Below are positions 34,118 to 45,323 of a stretch of DNA of 64,000 nt, in pieces. Numbering within the stretch: the first letter of the stretch is position 1; every line of letters starts with the position of its first letter. The stretch comes from Cyanophora paradoxa CCMP329 (Eukaryota > Plantae > Glaucophyta): contig QPMI01000451.1 in NCBI GenBank assembly GCA_004431415.1, positions 66,091-130,090 on the forward strand, in the 5' to 3' direction. A program made the translations under genes and the position numbers. The notes beneath the pieces are model-generated. The model was given only the letters and a program-made list of their open reading frames with translations. It was not told the origin of the DNA and made no database searches.

Positions 34118-36675
34118 ATGCCGATGCGACGTCCACCCGAGCCTGCGCCGCCCGGCCAGCCTGCTGCGCAGCCTGAAGCCGTTCAGCCTGAACCAGTAAC
34201 AGCTCCAGAACCTGAGCTGGCACCGGTGCTGGAGCCAGTAGCCGTGCCCGCAGCCATAGAGCCCGTGCCGGACCTAAGCCCGACGCATGCGCACCCCGAG
34301 CCCGTGCCAGCGCCGGCATACGAGCCAGAGTTGCAGAAATTATTCGTGGAGGCTCCGGACTATGGAGATGCGCCGCCTGCAGTAGTCGTCTCGAAGGAAC
34401 CCGTGAGACACTGGCGGGACTCCGATGGCGGCGAGGAGGGCTCATCGCGGGGAGGGGAGACGGCCGCGCGGTCGGTGGATGAAGATATAGCGGCGGAAGC
34501 GGCGAAGCAGCAGCTCCCAGGCCACCAGTTCTTCACGCTGGGCGGCGGGGCGGCGGCTGTCGAGTTCCGCGTCGCCCAGTCGGACACCGGCCTCGAGCCG
34601 AGCCCCGCCCCCGCGCCGGTCGAGCCAGCCGCGCCGCCTGCGCCCCTCGCGCTCGCCGTCTCGGACTTCAACCGGGGCTCGGGGGGCGTCCTCAGCGGCG
34701 TGCCCGACGAAGTGCCGCCCCTCCCCTCCTACGCCGACCTTCCGGAGCAGGAGGACCCGGGCACCCCGGGGCCGCCTGCCGCTCTCACGCCAGAGCAAAT
34801 GCGGCCCGAAGCGCCGCCGCCTCCTCCGGCGGCGGTGGCGTTGGAGGACGTGGGGGCGACCGGAGAGGGGGATGGAGCCGGCGAGGTGGTGGGGTTGCTC
34901 GGGGCGGGGGCGGGGGGCGGGGGGTGCCGGCGGTGCTGGAGGTGGCGGTGGGGGGCGGGGCGGGGGCGGCGGGCGAGGAGTGGGTGCTCATGGGCGCCGA
35001 GCCCGAGACGGAGCTCTACGAGGGCCCCCCCGAGCTCGAGGCCCCCGCCTTCCAGTCCCCGCCCGCCGTCTCCGCCTCCCTGCCCCCGTCCCCCTCCCCG
35101 TCCCCGACGCCCAGTCCGCCCGCCCCCGCCCCCGCCCCGACCCCGCTCACGCCGGCGCAGGCGAGCCGGAGCACGGGCGCGGCATCCTCCGGCCCGACGC
35201 GTGGACCCCCGACGCCGTGGTCGCTGCCCCCGCCCTCCCGCCCCTCCCGCTCCCACCGCATGCGGCGGTACCGCCGGCGGCACTTGCGCGGCCGGTGGCG
35301 GCCGCGCCGGCGGTCTCGTCGCCTGCGGGGATCGAGTGGGCGAGCGAGCGCAGCCCCGACTACATCACGTGCGCCGGCCCCGCCCCGCGCCCCGCCCGTG
35401 GCCCTCAGCCGTCCCGCAGCTACAGCATCGGCGGCTCCGAGAGCGTCGCGCTGCCCCCCGCTCCCGCTCCGGCCCTCCCCGCCGCCGTCAGCGGGACGGC
35501 GGCGGACTGGCGGGGACCCCCCGCGCCTCGCGTCTACGCAGCGCCCTCAACTTACGGGCCCCCTACGCCGAGCGCTTCCGACCCGCACGCGCCCGCCCTC
35601 CACGCCCCCGCGACGCCCGCCCCCTATGCCGCCCCGGCGCCTTCTTCGCACGCTCCGTCGGCGTCCGGTCCACACGCCCCCGCCCCGCCCACTCCGGCGC
35701 CGACCCCCTTCCCTCCGCCGTCACCGAACACCCCTCCGACGCCCGCCCAGTGTTCCCCGCCTGCCCCCTCCTACCCTCCCCAAGCGCCCACCCACTTGGC
35801 TCCCTCGGCGGCCGCCTCCTACGGGCCACCTTCGCCCGCCCCTTCGGCCGCGGCTCCGCCTACCGCCCCCAAGCCCGCCGCACCCCCCGTCCATTCAGTA
35901 ACGAAAGCGATTGCCTCGGCAGCCGCCTATCACCCCCCCGAGCAAGCCGCCCTTTCGAGCGGCCTCGGCACCTCCATCCCGCCCTCCGCTTCCATGCATC
36001 CGCTCGCAGGGCCGCCTCCTTCGGCGCCGGCACCTCAGCTGCAGCCGCAGCAGCCTGCAACCGTGAGCTTTGGCGGCAGCGCTGCGCCGCCGGCGGCTCC
36101 TGCGGTCTCTCTGGAGCCGGCGGTTGTGGGCGGCGCGTTGGGCAGGGCGGCGGCGGCGCCGGCCCCGGAAGGGGGCGGCAGTGGGGGCATCACGCTGATG
36201 GTGAGCGACGATCAGCGTGATGCCCACGGCTTCCAGCACCGCCCTCCCGCGCCAAGCGCTTTCGGCCCTCCGGGGGCGCGCCTCGCGCTGCTGGCGAAGG
36301 GCGCTGCGCTGGCGGGCGCGAGCGAGAGGGCGGAGAGCAGGCCGCCGGCGAGCGCGGCCGAGAAGGCGGCGGTGCCGGCGGCGCTGGCGGTGAGCGCGGG
36401 CGGGGCGGTCTTCGAGGAGGAGGAGCCGCGGGTGGTGGCGGCGGGGCCGCCCGGGGCCGATGGCCCGGACGCGGACGCGGAGCTCGAGGATCTTCTCTTC
36501 CGCGCACCACGCGCCCTCACCGCCGCTGGCCCCGGCCCCGGCCCCGACGACGACGGCCCCGCCCTCGTGCCGCCCCCGCCCCGCCCCGCCCCCGCCCGAT
36601 CTCACCGTCCCGCAGGATGGCGACGAGCCTTTCGCCGCCGAAGCCGCCCTCGACCACCCCCTCTGGCATTTCTGA
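34118..36675 (+). CDS. Pro/Ala/Glu-rich, probably disordered hypothetical protein (multi-exon; start uncertain)
   Basis: Long low-complexity exons (EPVTAPEPELAPVLEP; PSYPPQAP); last exon DGDEPFAAEAALDHPLWHF*. An apparent frame change lies in the G-runs near 34910. Confidence 0.5.
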
Positions 36676-36779
36676 CACCCCCCGACCCCGCCCCCCACCG
36701 CCCCTTTTCGCATCGTAATAATATGCCGGCAAAGAAACTGTGCAGGGAGTATGATACAGCCTGCAGGCTGGAGCCTAAC

Positions 36780-37645
36780 TTAAAGCTTCCGCTTCGTAGA
36801 GGTCTTCAGAACCTGAGCGGAAGTTAAACTTGGCGCTGGCGGAGAGAGGCTGCGTGCCAGGAAGCAGGTCCAGAAGAGGGAGACGATGTTGCAGAAAAGA
36901 ACGCGAAGCTGCACCGGGACATACTTGTAGTTGATCAAGTTGGCGAGCGGCCAGACGCGCCAATTCGCCTGAACGATAAAATCAGAGGCCGCATATGCGG
37001 CCGGGGTAAGAGAGACCGCAGGGGGGCGGGGTGGGCGTCATCACCTTGAGCACGGAGAGGAGAGTGCGCTTCAGCACCACGCCGGTCTCCCAAACACCAC
37101 GTTTCTCGATCCACGACATGCAGACGATGAACGCTGCGCACACGTGAGCGGCAGATGCGGTACTTTGCGCTGCTCCTGGTGCTGCACCAGCGTTCACTGC
37201 ATTTCAGATAGAAAGCTTAGCACTTCAGCGAGCCGCAAGCTTAAGAGAACTCGAGCGCGCACTGAAAGGAGCGAAGACCGTCTGATCCACGATAACCTTC
37301 TCCAAAGCCAGCGTCTTCGACCTCCGGCCGCGGAAGAGACGTTCGATGATCTGTGCTCATGTCAGGGGCCGCGCGCGCCCGCGCCGCAGAGCCAACCTGC
37401 TGCCAGAAGTGCCCCGCAGGCCCGCTCACAACGAAGCCGAAGAGGAAGAGCTTCAGCGTGCGGTGGAGAACGTACGCCCGCTTTCCAGCGAGAGTCTGTG
37501 CGAGGGCATCCGAAAGCGCCGCGATGGATGCGCTTGTCACGGCTTTTGTCGCTAGCGGGCGGCGCTGCAGCTGCCGCATGTACCACTGCGCGGCCGAGCG
37601 CAAGCTTTCTCCGGCGCTGCAAGGCGGCGGCGCACTTGTTGACAT
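36780..37645 (-). CDS. Mpv17/PMP22 (PXMP2) family membrane protein
   Basis: WYMRQLQRRPLATKAVTS, RTLKLFLFGFVVSGPAGHFW, KVIVDQTVFAP, and last exon ANWRVWPLANLINYKYVPVQLRVLFCNIVSLFWTCFL; stop at 36780-36782. Confidence 0.9.
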
Positions 37646-37906
37646 CTACACGTTTACACGTTTTACAGGAGCCTAGCAGGAAGCGGAAAAAGACTAAAGC
37701 TATTGAAGAAGCGTCGGTGTTGATGCAAGACGGCAACACTTCCCTCTACGTATACCCGGGGGAAACCGGTACCCAAGCCCTCTCGCAGAGGCGAGATCTA
37801 GAGAGTCGCCGGGCACGTAGATAAGCTTTTAATAGCCTTTTATAGGCAGCGGAAATGCATTTCTAGGCAGCGAGACCACAAAAAAGCTGTGAAGCCGGTC
37901 GGCGCG

Positions 37907-40900
37907 ATGTCCGGTGAGCACGCGCGTGCATTCGAAAGCCGCAACGCGCTGGGCCGAACGCATTCGGCAGCAGGCGCGCAGAGTCGCGTCTCGCCGACGC
38001 ACCCGGCCGCCGGCACCAGCCGAATCATCGTACGGCGTGAGATCGACGCGCCCGACGACCTGGACAAGGTATCTCCGCGCCCCGCTCGCTCGACGAGCCC
38101 AGCAGGCCGGCGCTGACCCCCGCGCAGGAATGGAGCGAGCAGCACAGGATCTTCAGCGAGCTCATATCGAGCTGCAGCGGCGAGACGGAGATAGTCTCCG
38201 TCCTGCAGGAGAGGGTGCGAGCGCCACCCCGCCCAGCCTCGGCCCGCCGGGGCTGCGACCCGGGGGCAGGTGGCGGAGAGCCCGGAGCGGCATAGGGAGG
38301 TGACGATGGCGCTGTTGTACGGGATGATCGCGGATGCAGCGCAAGCCCCCGCGGTGCTCGGCGGCGGCGGCGGCGCGCCTGCGGCGGCCCCCCGCCTGAG
38401 ACCCGCGCAGTTGCTGCGGTACCTGACGCTGGCGGTGCGGGACGGGTACCAAGCGTGCATCGGGCAGCTGCACCGGGTGATCCTGGAGAAGCTGCCGCGG
38501 CTGACGGAGGGTGCGAGGGCCCAGGTCCTCTGGCTGGCCCGCCAGCTCGTCGCCCTCGACGTCCCCGACATCGAGTCCGTCCTCGCCTCCCTCTGCCGCC
38601 AGGCCCGCCCCCCGGCCCCCCGGCCCCGCCCCCGCCGCCCCCGAGGCCGCCGCAGGTCGCCGGCGGCAACGTCTCGGCCCCGAACGTCGCGCTCGCCTCG
38701 GGCCTCCTCAGCCTTCTCTCCGAGCACCGCGCCTGGCTCGCCGCCCACCCCAAGCTCGTCCCCATGGCCCGCCCCCGCCCGCCCCCGCCGGCGCCGCGGC
38801 CGGCGACGGGGCGGCAGGTGTTCTACACGTTCGCGCGGGTGGCGGCGGACCACAGCGGGAGCGCGCGCCTGCTGGAGCTGCGGCAACGGGAGGCCATCTT
38901 CGCGCTGCAGCTGTGGCGGGAGCGCGCTGGCGACTGCGCTGTCATCGGGCGGGACCTCGTGCGCGTCCTCCAGGACGTCGCCAAGGTCCCCGAGTTCGAG
39001 GAGGCGCCGGCCCCGCCCCCGCCCCGCCCCCCGCCGGCCCCGAGCGGCGCGCAGGTGTGGGCGTCGCTGCTGGGGGCGCCGGCGCCGGCCGGGGTGCAGC
39101 AGGCGGCGGTGCCGGAGCTGGAGGCGCTGCTGGCGACGCGGACGCCGCGCGCCTTCCTGCAGTCGCGCGTCACCCCCGACATGGAGGCCCACCTCCGCTT
39201 CCTCATGAGCCACGTCCGCTCCGGCCAGCAGAAGCGCTACCAGGTCCGCCCCCCGGCGCGCCCGGCGCGGGGCGGGGCGGGGCCGACGGGGCGCAGGCGT
39301 GGTTCGCGGGGCGGTACCTGGCGGGGCCGGAGTCGGACTCGCTGGTGCCGGACCTGGTGCGCTTCGTGTGCGGCGTCTTCCACCCGAGCAACGAGATGCT
39401 CGCCCGCAACCTCGTCCCCCGCTACGCCCTCATCGGCTGGCTCCTCCGCGCCGTCCGCGTGCGCCCGCACCCTCGCCCCGCCCCGCCCCGCCCCGTCCCG
39501 CGCCGCCGCCGGCGCGGGGCGACGGGGCGCAGACGGCGCACGCGGCGGCGAACGTGAAGCTGGCGCTCTTCTTCGACTGGCTGCACTACGAGCCGGCGCG
39601 CGACAACCTCATGAACCTCGAGCCCGGCCTCCTCCTCATGGTCCACTCCCTCCCCAAGTACTCCCCATCACGTGCGCCCGCCCCGCCCCGCCCCGCCCCG
39701 CCCCGGCGCGAGGGGGCGGCGGGCGGCAGGGCGGCGCTGCTCGAGTTCGTGGTGCTGGCGGTGGAGGCGTACGACCCGCCGCGCCGCGCCCGCATCGCCG
39801 CCTCCGTCACCGCCTCCTTCCGCACCCTCACCTCCCGCGGCGTCCTCCCGTCCGCCCCCGCCCGCCCCCGCCGGGGCGCCCCTCACGGGGCGGCAGGGAC
39901 CTGGCGCCGCTCGCCAACTGCGACGCCCTCGAGCTCCTCCTCCGCGACCGCCTACGCGCCCTCGCCCCCGGCATGTGCGGCTCCGACTCCGCCGCCCCCG
40001 ACGCCGGCCCCGCCCCCGTGCGCCGCCCCGCCCCGCCCCCGCCGCCTGCCATGGCGCCGCCGACGAGCCCCGCAGCGGAGGGCGAGGGGAGGAGGGGAGG
40101 CCGCCCTCGCTGGCCTCCGGTGCGCGGGCCGGCGCTGGGCCGCGGGCCGGCGCTGACGGGTCGCAGCGGAGGGCGAGGACGACGAGGTCATGGGGATCGC
40201 CTGGGGGTTCCCGCCCCGCCCCGCCGCCCCTCGGCCCCCGCCCACCGGCGCCGGCAGGGGCGAGGGGAGCGGCTCGGGGCCGGCGAGGCGGGGCGCGTGG
40301 AGCCGGACAGCGTGCTCGGGGTGGCCCTCGCGCAGCTCGCCGACGCGACCGCCGCGCGCCAGGCGCGCCCCGCCCCGCCTGCGCGAGCGGGGCGGGGGGT
40401 GACGGGGCGCAGGGGCGGGGGGAGGCGTCGAGCGGGGGCCGCCTTGAGGCCGCCCTCGAGTCGGTCCTCGGCGCCTTCATCGCCCTGGCGCGCCGCCCGC
40501 ACGCCCGCCCCGCCCCGCCCGCCCCCGAGCGCCCCCGCAGGAGGCCCCGCAGGCCACCGCGAGCGCCCCGAGGCCGCCGCTGCCGTCGCGCGCGCCCTCG
40601 CCGCCGCCGAGCCCCCGGCGCCCGCATCGAGCCCGGACCCGCCCCAGGGCCTCCACGCCGCCGTGCGCCCCGCCGCCCCGCCGCCGTCTCGGCGCCCCTG
40701 ACGGCGGCCGCAGCTCTTCCGCCGCTGCGCCCTCTCGCAGCGCTGCATCCTCCTCCTCCGCCACCTCCAGGCCCGGCCCCCACTCCCCGGGGCCCCCTCT
40801 CGCCTCACGGGCGCCGGCGCAGGGCCTGGAGCCGGCGACGGGATACCGTTTCCTGCACCACCTCCTCGCCTCGAATCGCCTCCTCCCCGCGGAGCTGCTG

Positions 40901-42288
40901 CCGGGGGCCGGCGCGGCGGCTGGGGGCGGGCGGGGCGCGGGGCGGGCGCGGGCGGCGCTGCAGCCGTACGAGCACCTCGTCGAGTCGTTCGGGGAGCTCG
41001 CCCCCGCCGACGCCCTCGCCCGCGACCTCGCCGTCCGCCCCCGCCCCGCCCCGGCCCCCCACCCCCCGAGCCGTCCGGCGGCAGGCGTGCGGGGAGGAGA
41101 GCGTGGCGGGGCGGTGGCGCTGGCAGCGGGGGCGCTGGAGCACCTGCCGGAGCTCGCCGTCGGCTCGGCGGCCGTGGCGCACCTGGTGGCGCACGGGCGG
41201 ACCCCAGCAGGCCCTCCTCCTGGGCGCCCGCCTCGCCCTCGCCGAGCTCCGCCTCGCCGGGGGCGCCGAGGAGGCCGCCGCCCTCGCCGCCGCCGCCCTC
41301 GACTGGCCCGCCCCGCCCGCCCCGCCCCGCCCCGCCCGCCTGTTCTGCGGCTGAGGGGGCGCAGGGAGTCCGGGGCGCAGCGGGTGCTGTGGGAGCTGCT
41401 GGGGCGGAGTTCGGGGCGCGCCCCGCCGACGCCCTCTCCCTCGCCTCCGCCGCCCTCCGCCTCCCTGGCCTCTGCCCCTCCCGCGCGCCCCGCCCCGCCC
41501 CGCCCCCTCCCACCCGCTGAGGCGGCCGGCGCAGGGCACGGGGAGGCGCTCGCGGGTGCGGCGGCGCTGCTGCGGGGCCTCTCGGACGTGCCCCCGGCCG
41601 CCACTGACCTCCTCCTCCCCTCGCCCCGCCCCGGCCCCGCCGGCCGCCGCCGGCCCCGCCCCGCATCCCACCCTCGCCCGCCTCGCCGCCAGCATCCTCG
41701 CCTATTGGGCCTCGGCCCGCCCCGGCTACCTCCCTTCCCTCCTCCCGCCCGCCCCGCGGCGCCGAGCTCGGCCGCTGCCAAGGAGCTGCGCCAGCGCGCC
41801 GAGCGCGCCGCTCGCCTCCTCGCCGCCCTCGCGCGCCTCGCCCCGCCGGCCCCGGCCCCGCCTCCTCCCCGGCGCCCTCGTCGCCCCTCCCCGTGGGGGC
41901 GGCGCGGAGCGTGCTGGATCTGCCGGGTGCGCGCGGCGGGGCGGGGCGGGGCGGGGCGCGGGCTGAGGCGCGGGGCGCAGCGGGGGCGGCGCTGTACGCG
42001 CACGAGGAGGTCCGCCGCGCCATCACCCGCCTCGGCCTCGCCGGCGCCTTCGCCCCCGAGCCCGACCCCGGCCCCAAGCGCCCCGCAAGCGACCGCGACG
42101 AGCCCGGCGAGGGCAAGGGCGCCAAGCGCGCCGCCCAGGGGCCCGACGAGGGCGGCGAGGAGGTGCCCCCGCCCCCGCCACGGCCGCCCCCGACGCCGCG
42201 CTCACGGGCGGCGCAGGAGGGCGAGGCCGGCCCCGACGACGAGAGCCCCGGCAAGCGCCGCAGCAAGCGCCTGCGCAAGGGCTCCTAG
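37907..42288 (+). CDS. INTS3: Integrator complex subunit 3 / SOSS-A
   Basis: [90 protein letters not shown]...[13 protein letters not shown]. Confidence 0.92.
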
Positions 42289-42597
42289 CTATAGCCTCCT
42301 CCTCCACCCCGGCCCTTCCGCTCCACCATCCCCGATCCGCCACTTCGCAAGTTGGCCATGGCCCCCTCCCCGTCCCATCCCCTTCTTCTTCAATGAGTCT
42401 TGCGACAGAATCAGAAATTCTCCAACAATGATCTGAGCGCTGCAGCCTCGCAGGGGGAGACAGCATACGGGGGCCGAAAAAACGCGCCCAAGAGAGACGG
42501 GACGGCGCATACAGTGACAGCTTCACTGGCTGGACGTCGACCGTGGCTGGACCGGACTCGGGACGGGTGCAAGCTAGCTGACGTCGCGTGTCGCAAA

Positions 42598-43690
42598 ATG
42601 CAATCTACCTGCGTGGCCTGCCTGCTTCTGGTGGCTGCCCTCGCCGTGCCCCGGGCCACTCCGCCGGGCCGGCGCCGGCCCAAGCGCCCTCTAGATCTCG
42701 GTGACAGAAGCTCACGGCCCGGCGGAGGATCGACGCCGCCGCAGGACTGGCTGGCAGCTGGCCGCGGCGGCGTGCGCGTGCTCGAACGGAAGAACGCAGC
42801 AGACGGCTCCAGCAATCGCGGCGGCGGCGACCGTCCCGCGGACCGCCGCTTTACGTGAGCCGTACGAGACGCCCGCCGGTTAAGGGGCTGACGCGGATGG
42901 CTCCAGCACGCGCTCGAAGACGCGCTCAACGCTGAACACAATGTCCCCATGGCCCTCCTACGGCGCAAGTGAGGCGAGCGGCTGCGCGGCTCGAGGAACC
43001 CGGTGCAACCCACCCAGACGAAGCGGAGCTCATCATTCTCCGGCATAGCTCCAGAAGTCCACTCCGGCAATTGAAAGTCGGTCCTGGCGATGCGCCCCTT
43101 TCCAGCCCGCGATACGCGGTCGAACATCCAGGAGATTTCGCACGCCGGAACGTTAGCGTCGCCAGTGATCTTGGTCGCCTGCGTAAGGCTGCCACACCGC
43201 TGCAGGAGCAATAGCTCCTGCGCACGAGGGAGCTTAGTTTAGGGCGGCACGCAGCTCTAGCACGACTTGCCTCGCCGTGGCCGCCGTATTCCCCTCGGAT
43301 GAGGACGGCTGGATCCGAGTCAACGCGAAGCGGCAAGCCGGCGTCGCAGCACGCCTGCCGGAGCCGCGCGCGCGCTGGGTTCGTCCCCAATGCAGCGCAC
43401 GCCATCGACAGCGTTTCGTGCTGCGCCGCCATTCGCTGACTGCAATTGAACAAACACGGCCTGTGACACGCGTCTACGGGTACAGCACACACTACGGTAT
43501 ACGGCACGACTTCGACGCTGTGAACAAAGGGCCGGGAGAGTCCTGGGGAACGGAGCCCCTCTATCCGGTATGGCCACCACGAACGGTATCGCTGCTAGAT
43601 CCTCGCAAGACCCCGACTTCGCTGTTCACATTCCGTACCCCCTTTAGGATCACCGGGTACTTCAAAACTTTACGGACCCACCACCCTTAA
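42598..43690 (+). pseudogene. Possible secreted-protein gene or pseudogene of an unknown multicopy family
   Basis: Signal-peptide-like MQSTCVACLLLVAALAVP, intron-like segments and in-frame stops; diverged paralogous fragment at 33230-33700. Confidence 0.35.
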
Positions 43691-43727
43691 CAACATTGCA
43701 ATTGGCGTTCCCTTCGCGGCGTTCAGC

Positions 43728-44989
43728 ATGGCCGCGAGCGGCTCGAAAGGAATTGAGGCCGTCGTCCAGAAGTTGGAGAAGAGCGTCGATGACGGCGACT
43801 TCTACACGGCGCAACAGAGCTACAAGTCGTTGTACTTCCGGTTCGCGCCGCCCCCGCCGCGGTAGCTCCGCGCGTCGACCGCTGCGCAGGTACTGCGGGC
43901 AGAAGAAGTTCGACGACGCGCGGCAGCTGCTCATGTCCGGCGCGAGGCTGATGCAGAAGCACAAGCAGTTCCAGTGCGCGACGGAGCTCGCGACGCTGCT
44001 CGTCGAGCTCTTCCAGAAGGCGGATGTGAAAGTGGCGCCCGACTCCATCGGTGAGCGCGCGCCACCGCTCCAACGCCCCGGCCGCCTAAGAGCCGCCGTA
44101 CAGACGCGCTGTTGAAGACCTTTGAGGGGTTCGGCGAGGACAACAGCAACGGGCCGGTGCAGTTTCTCAAGGCGGCTATCAAGTGCGCTCCCCCGGGTAG
44201 CTGCGCGCGAGCGACGGCCGCGAGCGCTCACGAGGCTACAGGTGGTCGGCGGGGGCGGGGGCGGGCAAATTCGGATCGCCGGAGTTGAACGCGGCGATGG
44301 GGCGGCACCTGTGGAAGCAGGGCGACTACGGCGGGGCGCAGCGGTACTTCGTGCGGGGCAACGACCCGCGCTCCCTTGCCCGCATGCTCCTCGAGTGGAG
44401 CGGCAAGGGCTACCCCGCGGAGGTTGACCTCTTCCTCGCCCGCGCCGTCCTCCAGTGCGCCGGGGCCTGGCGCCGCGCCCCACGCGCGCCGACGCGGGGC
44501 GCAGGCTGCTGTGCGTGCAGAACCTGCGGGACGCGAACGTGGTGTTCGACACGTTCCTGCGGACGGCGCCAGGCGGGCCGCCGCGGACGCCGCTGGTGAA
44601 CTTCCTGCGCTTCCTGCTGGCGACCCTGGAGCGGGACGCGGCGCCGCTGCTCGCCGTCCTGCGCTCCAAGTACCGCCCCTCCATCGCCCGCGACCCCTCC
44701 TTCCCCAACGTCCGTCCCGCTCCCCGCCCCTCGCCACCCGCTCCCCGCGCGCGCAACCGGCGGGCGGGGCCGACGCGGCGGCGCAGTACCTCGACCACAT
44801 AGCGAACAAGTTCTACAACGTCCCCATACCAACCTCCGGCCTGCAGGGTGCGCCACCTCACACCCCTCCCCCCCCCCCCCCCCCCCCCCTCCCCCGCTTC
44901 CCCGTCGCCGACGCGGGGCAGGCATCATGGACATGCTCAACGGCTTCCTCGGCGGGGGCGACGACGACGCATCGCCCATGGCCCAATAG
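43728..44989 (+). CDS. GET4: Golgi-to-ER traffic protein 4 (GET4/TRC35), 7 exons
   Basis: KLEKSVDDGDFYTAQQSYKSLYFRY, EVDLFLARAVLQLL, TPLVNFLRFLLATLE, LRSKYRPSIARDPSF, YLDHIANKFY, GIMDMLNGFL. Confidence 0.93.
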
Positions 44990-45323
44990 CCCGCCCCGGC
45001 CCCGGGCGCTTAGATCGAGATCTTCCCGCCGGTCTGTGGGATCGAGCGTTTAGACCAGCGTCCACGTGCTCAGTCGACGTCGAGCGCGAGCACCGGCACC
45101 AGAACTAGCCCGCAAACACTGGACATGCGCCACGCACAACGCTGCCAGATAGTGCACGCTTCTGCACGCCTAGCAACGGCACTGCGGCAACTAGCACATG
45201 CACAGGCTGTTCGTCGTCGTCTCGACCGACTGGTCGCCGAGAGCGAGGGGGGTAGGGTGTGTTAGGTCGCAGGGTGCCGGCGCCTGGTCAACGTTCAGAG
45301 GCGCACGCTAAAGGGGCAGCGAC

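Noticed and set aside
34890-34930. Programmed frameshift in the Pro-rich gene
   Set aside because: It falls in G homopolymer runs. Similar indels in the right-arm array suggest sequencing error or an unrecognised intron.
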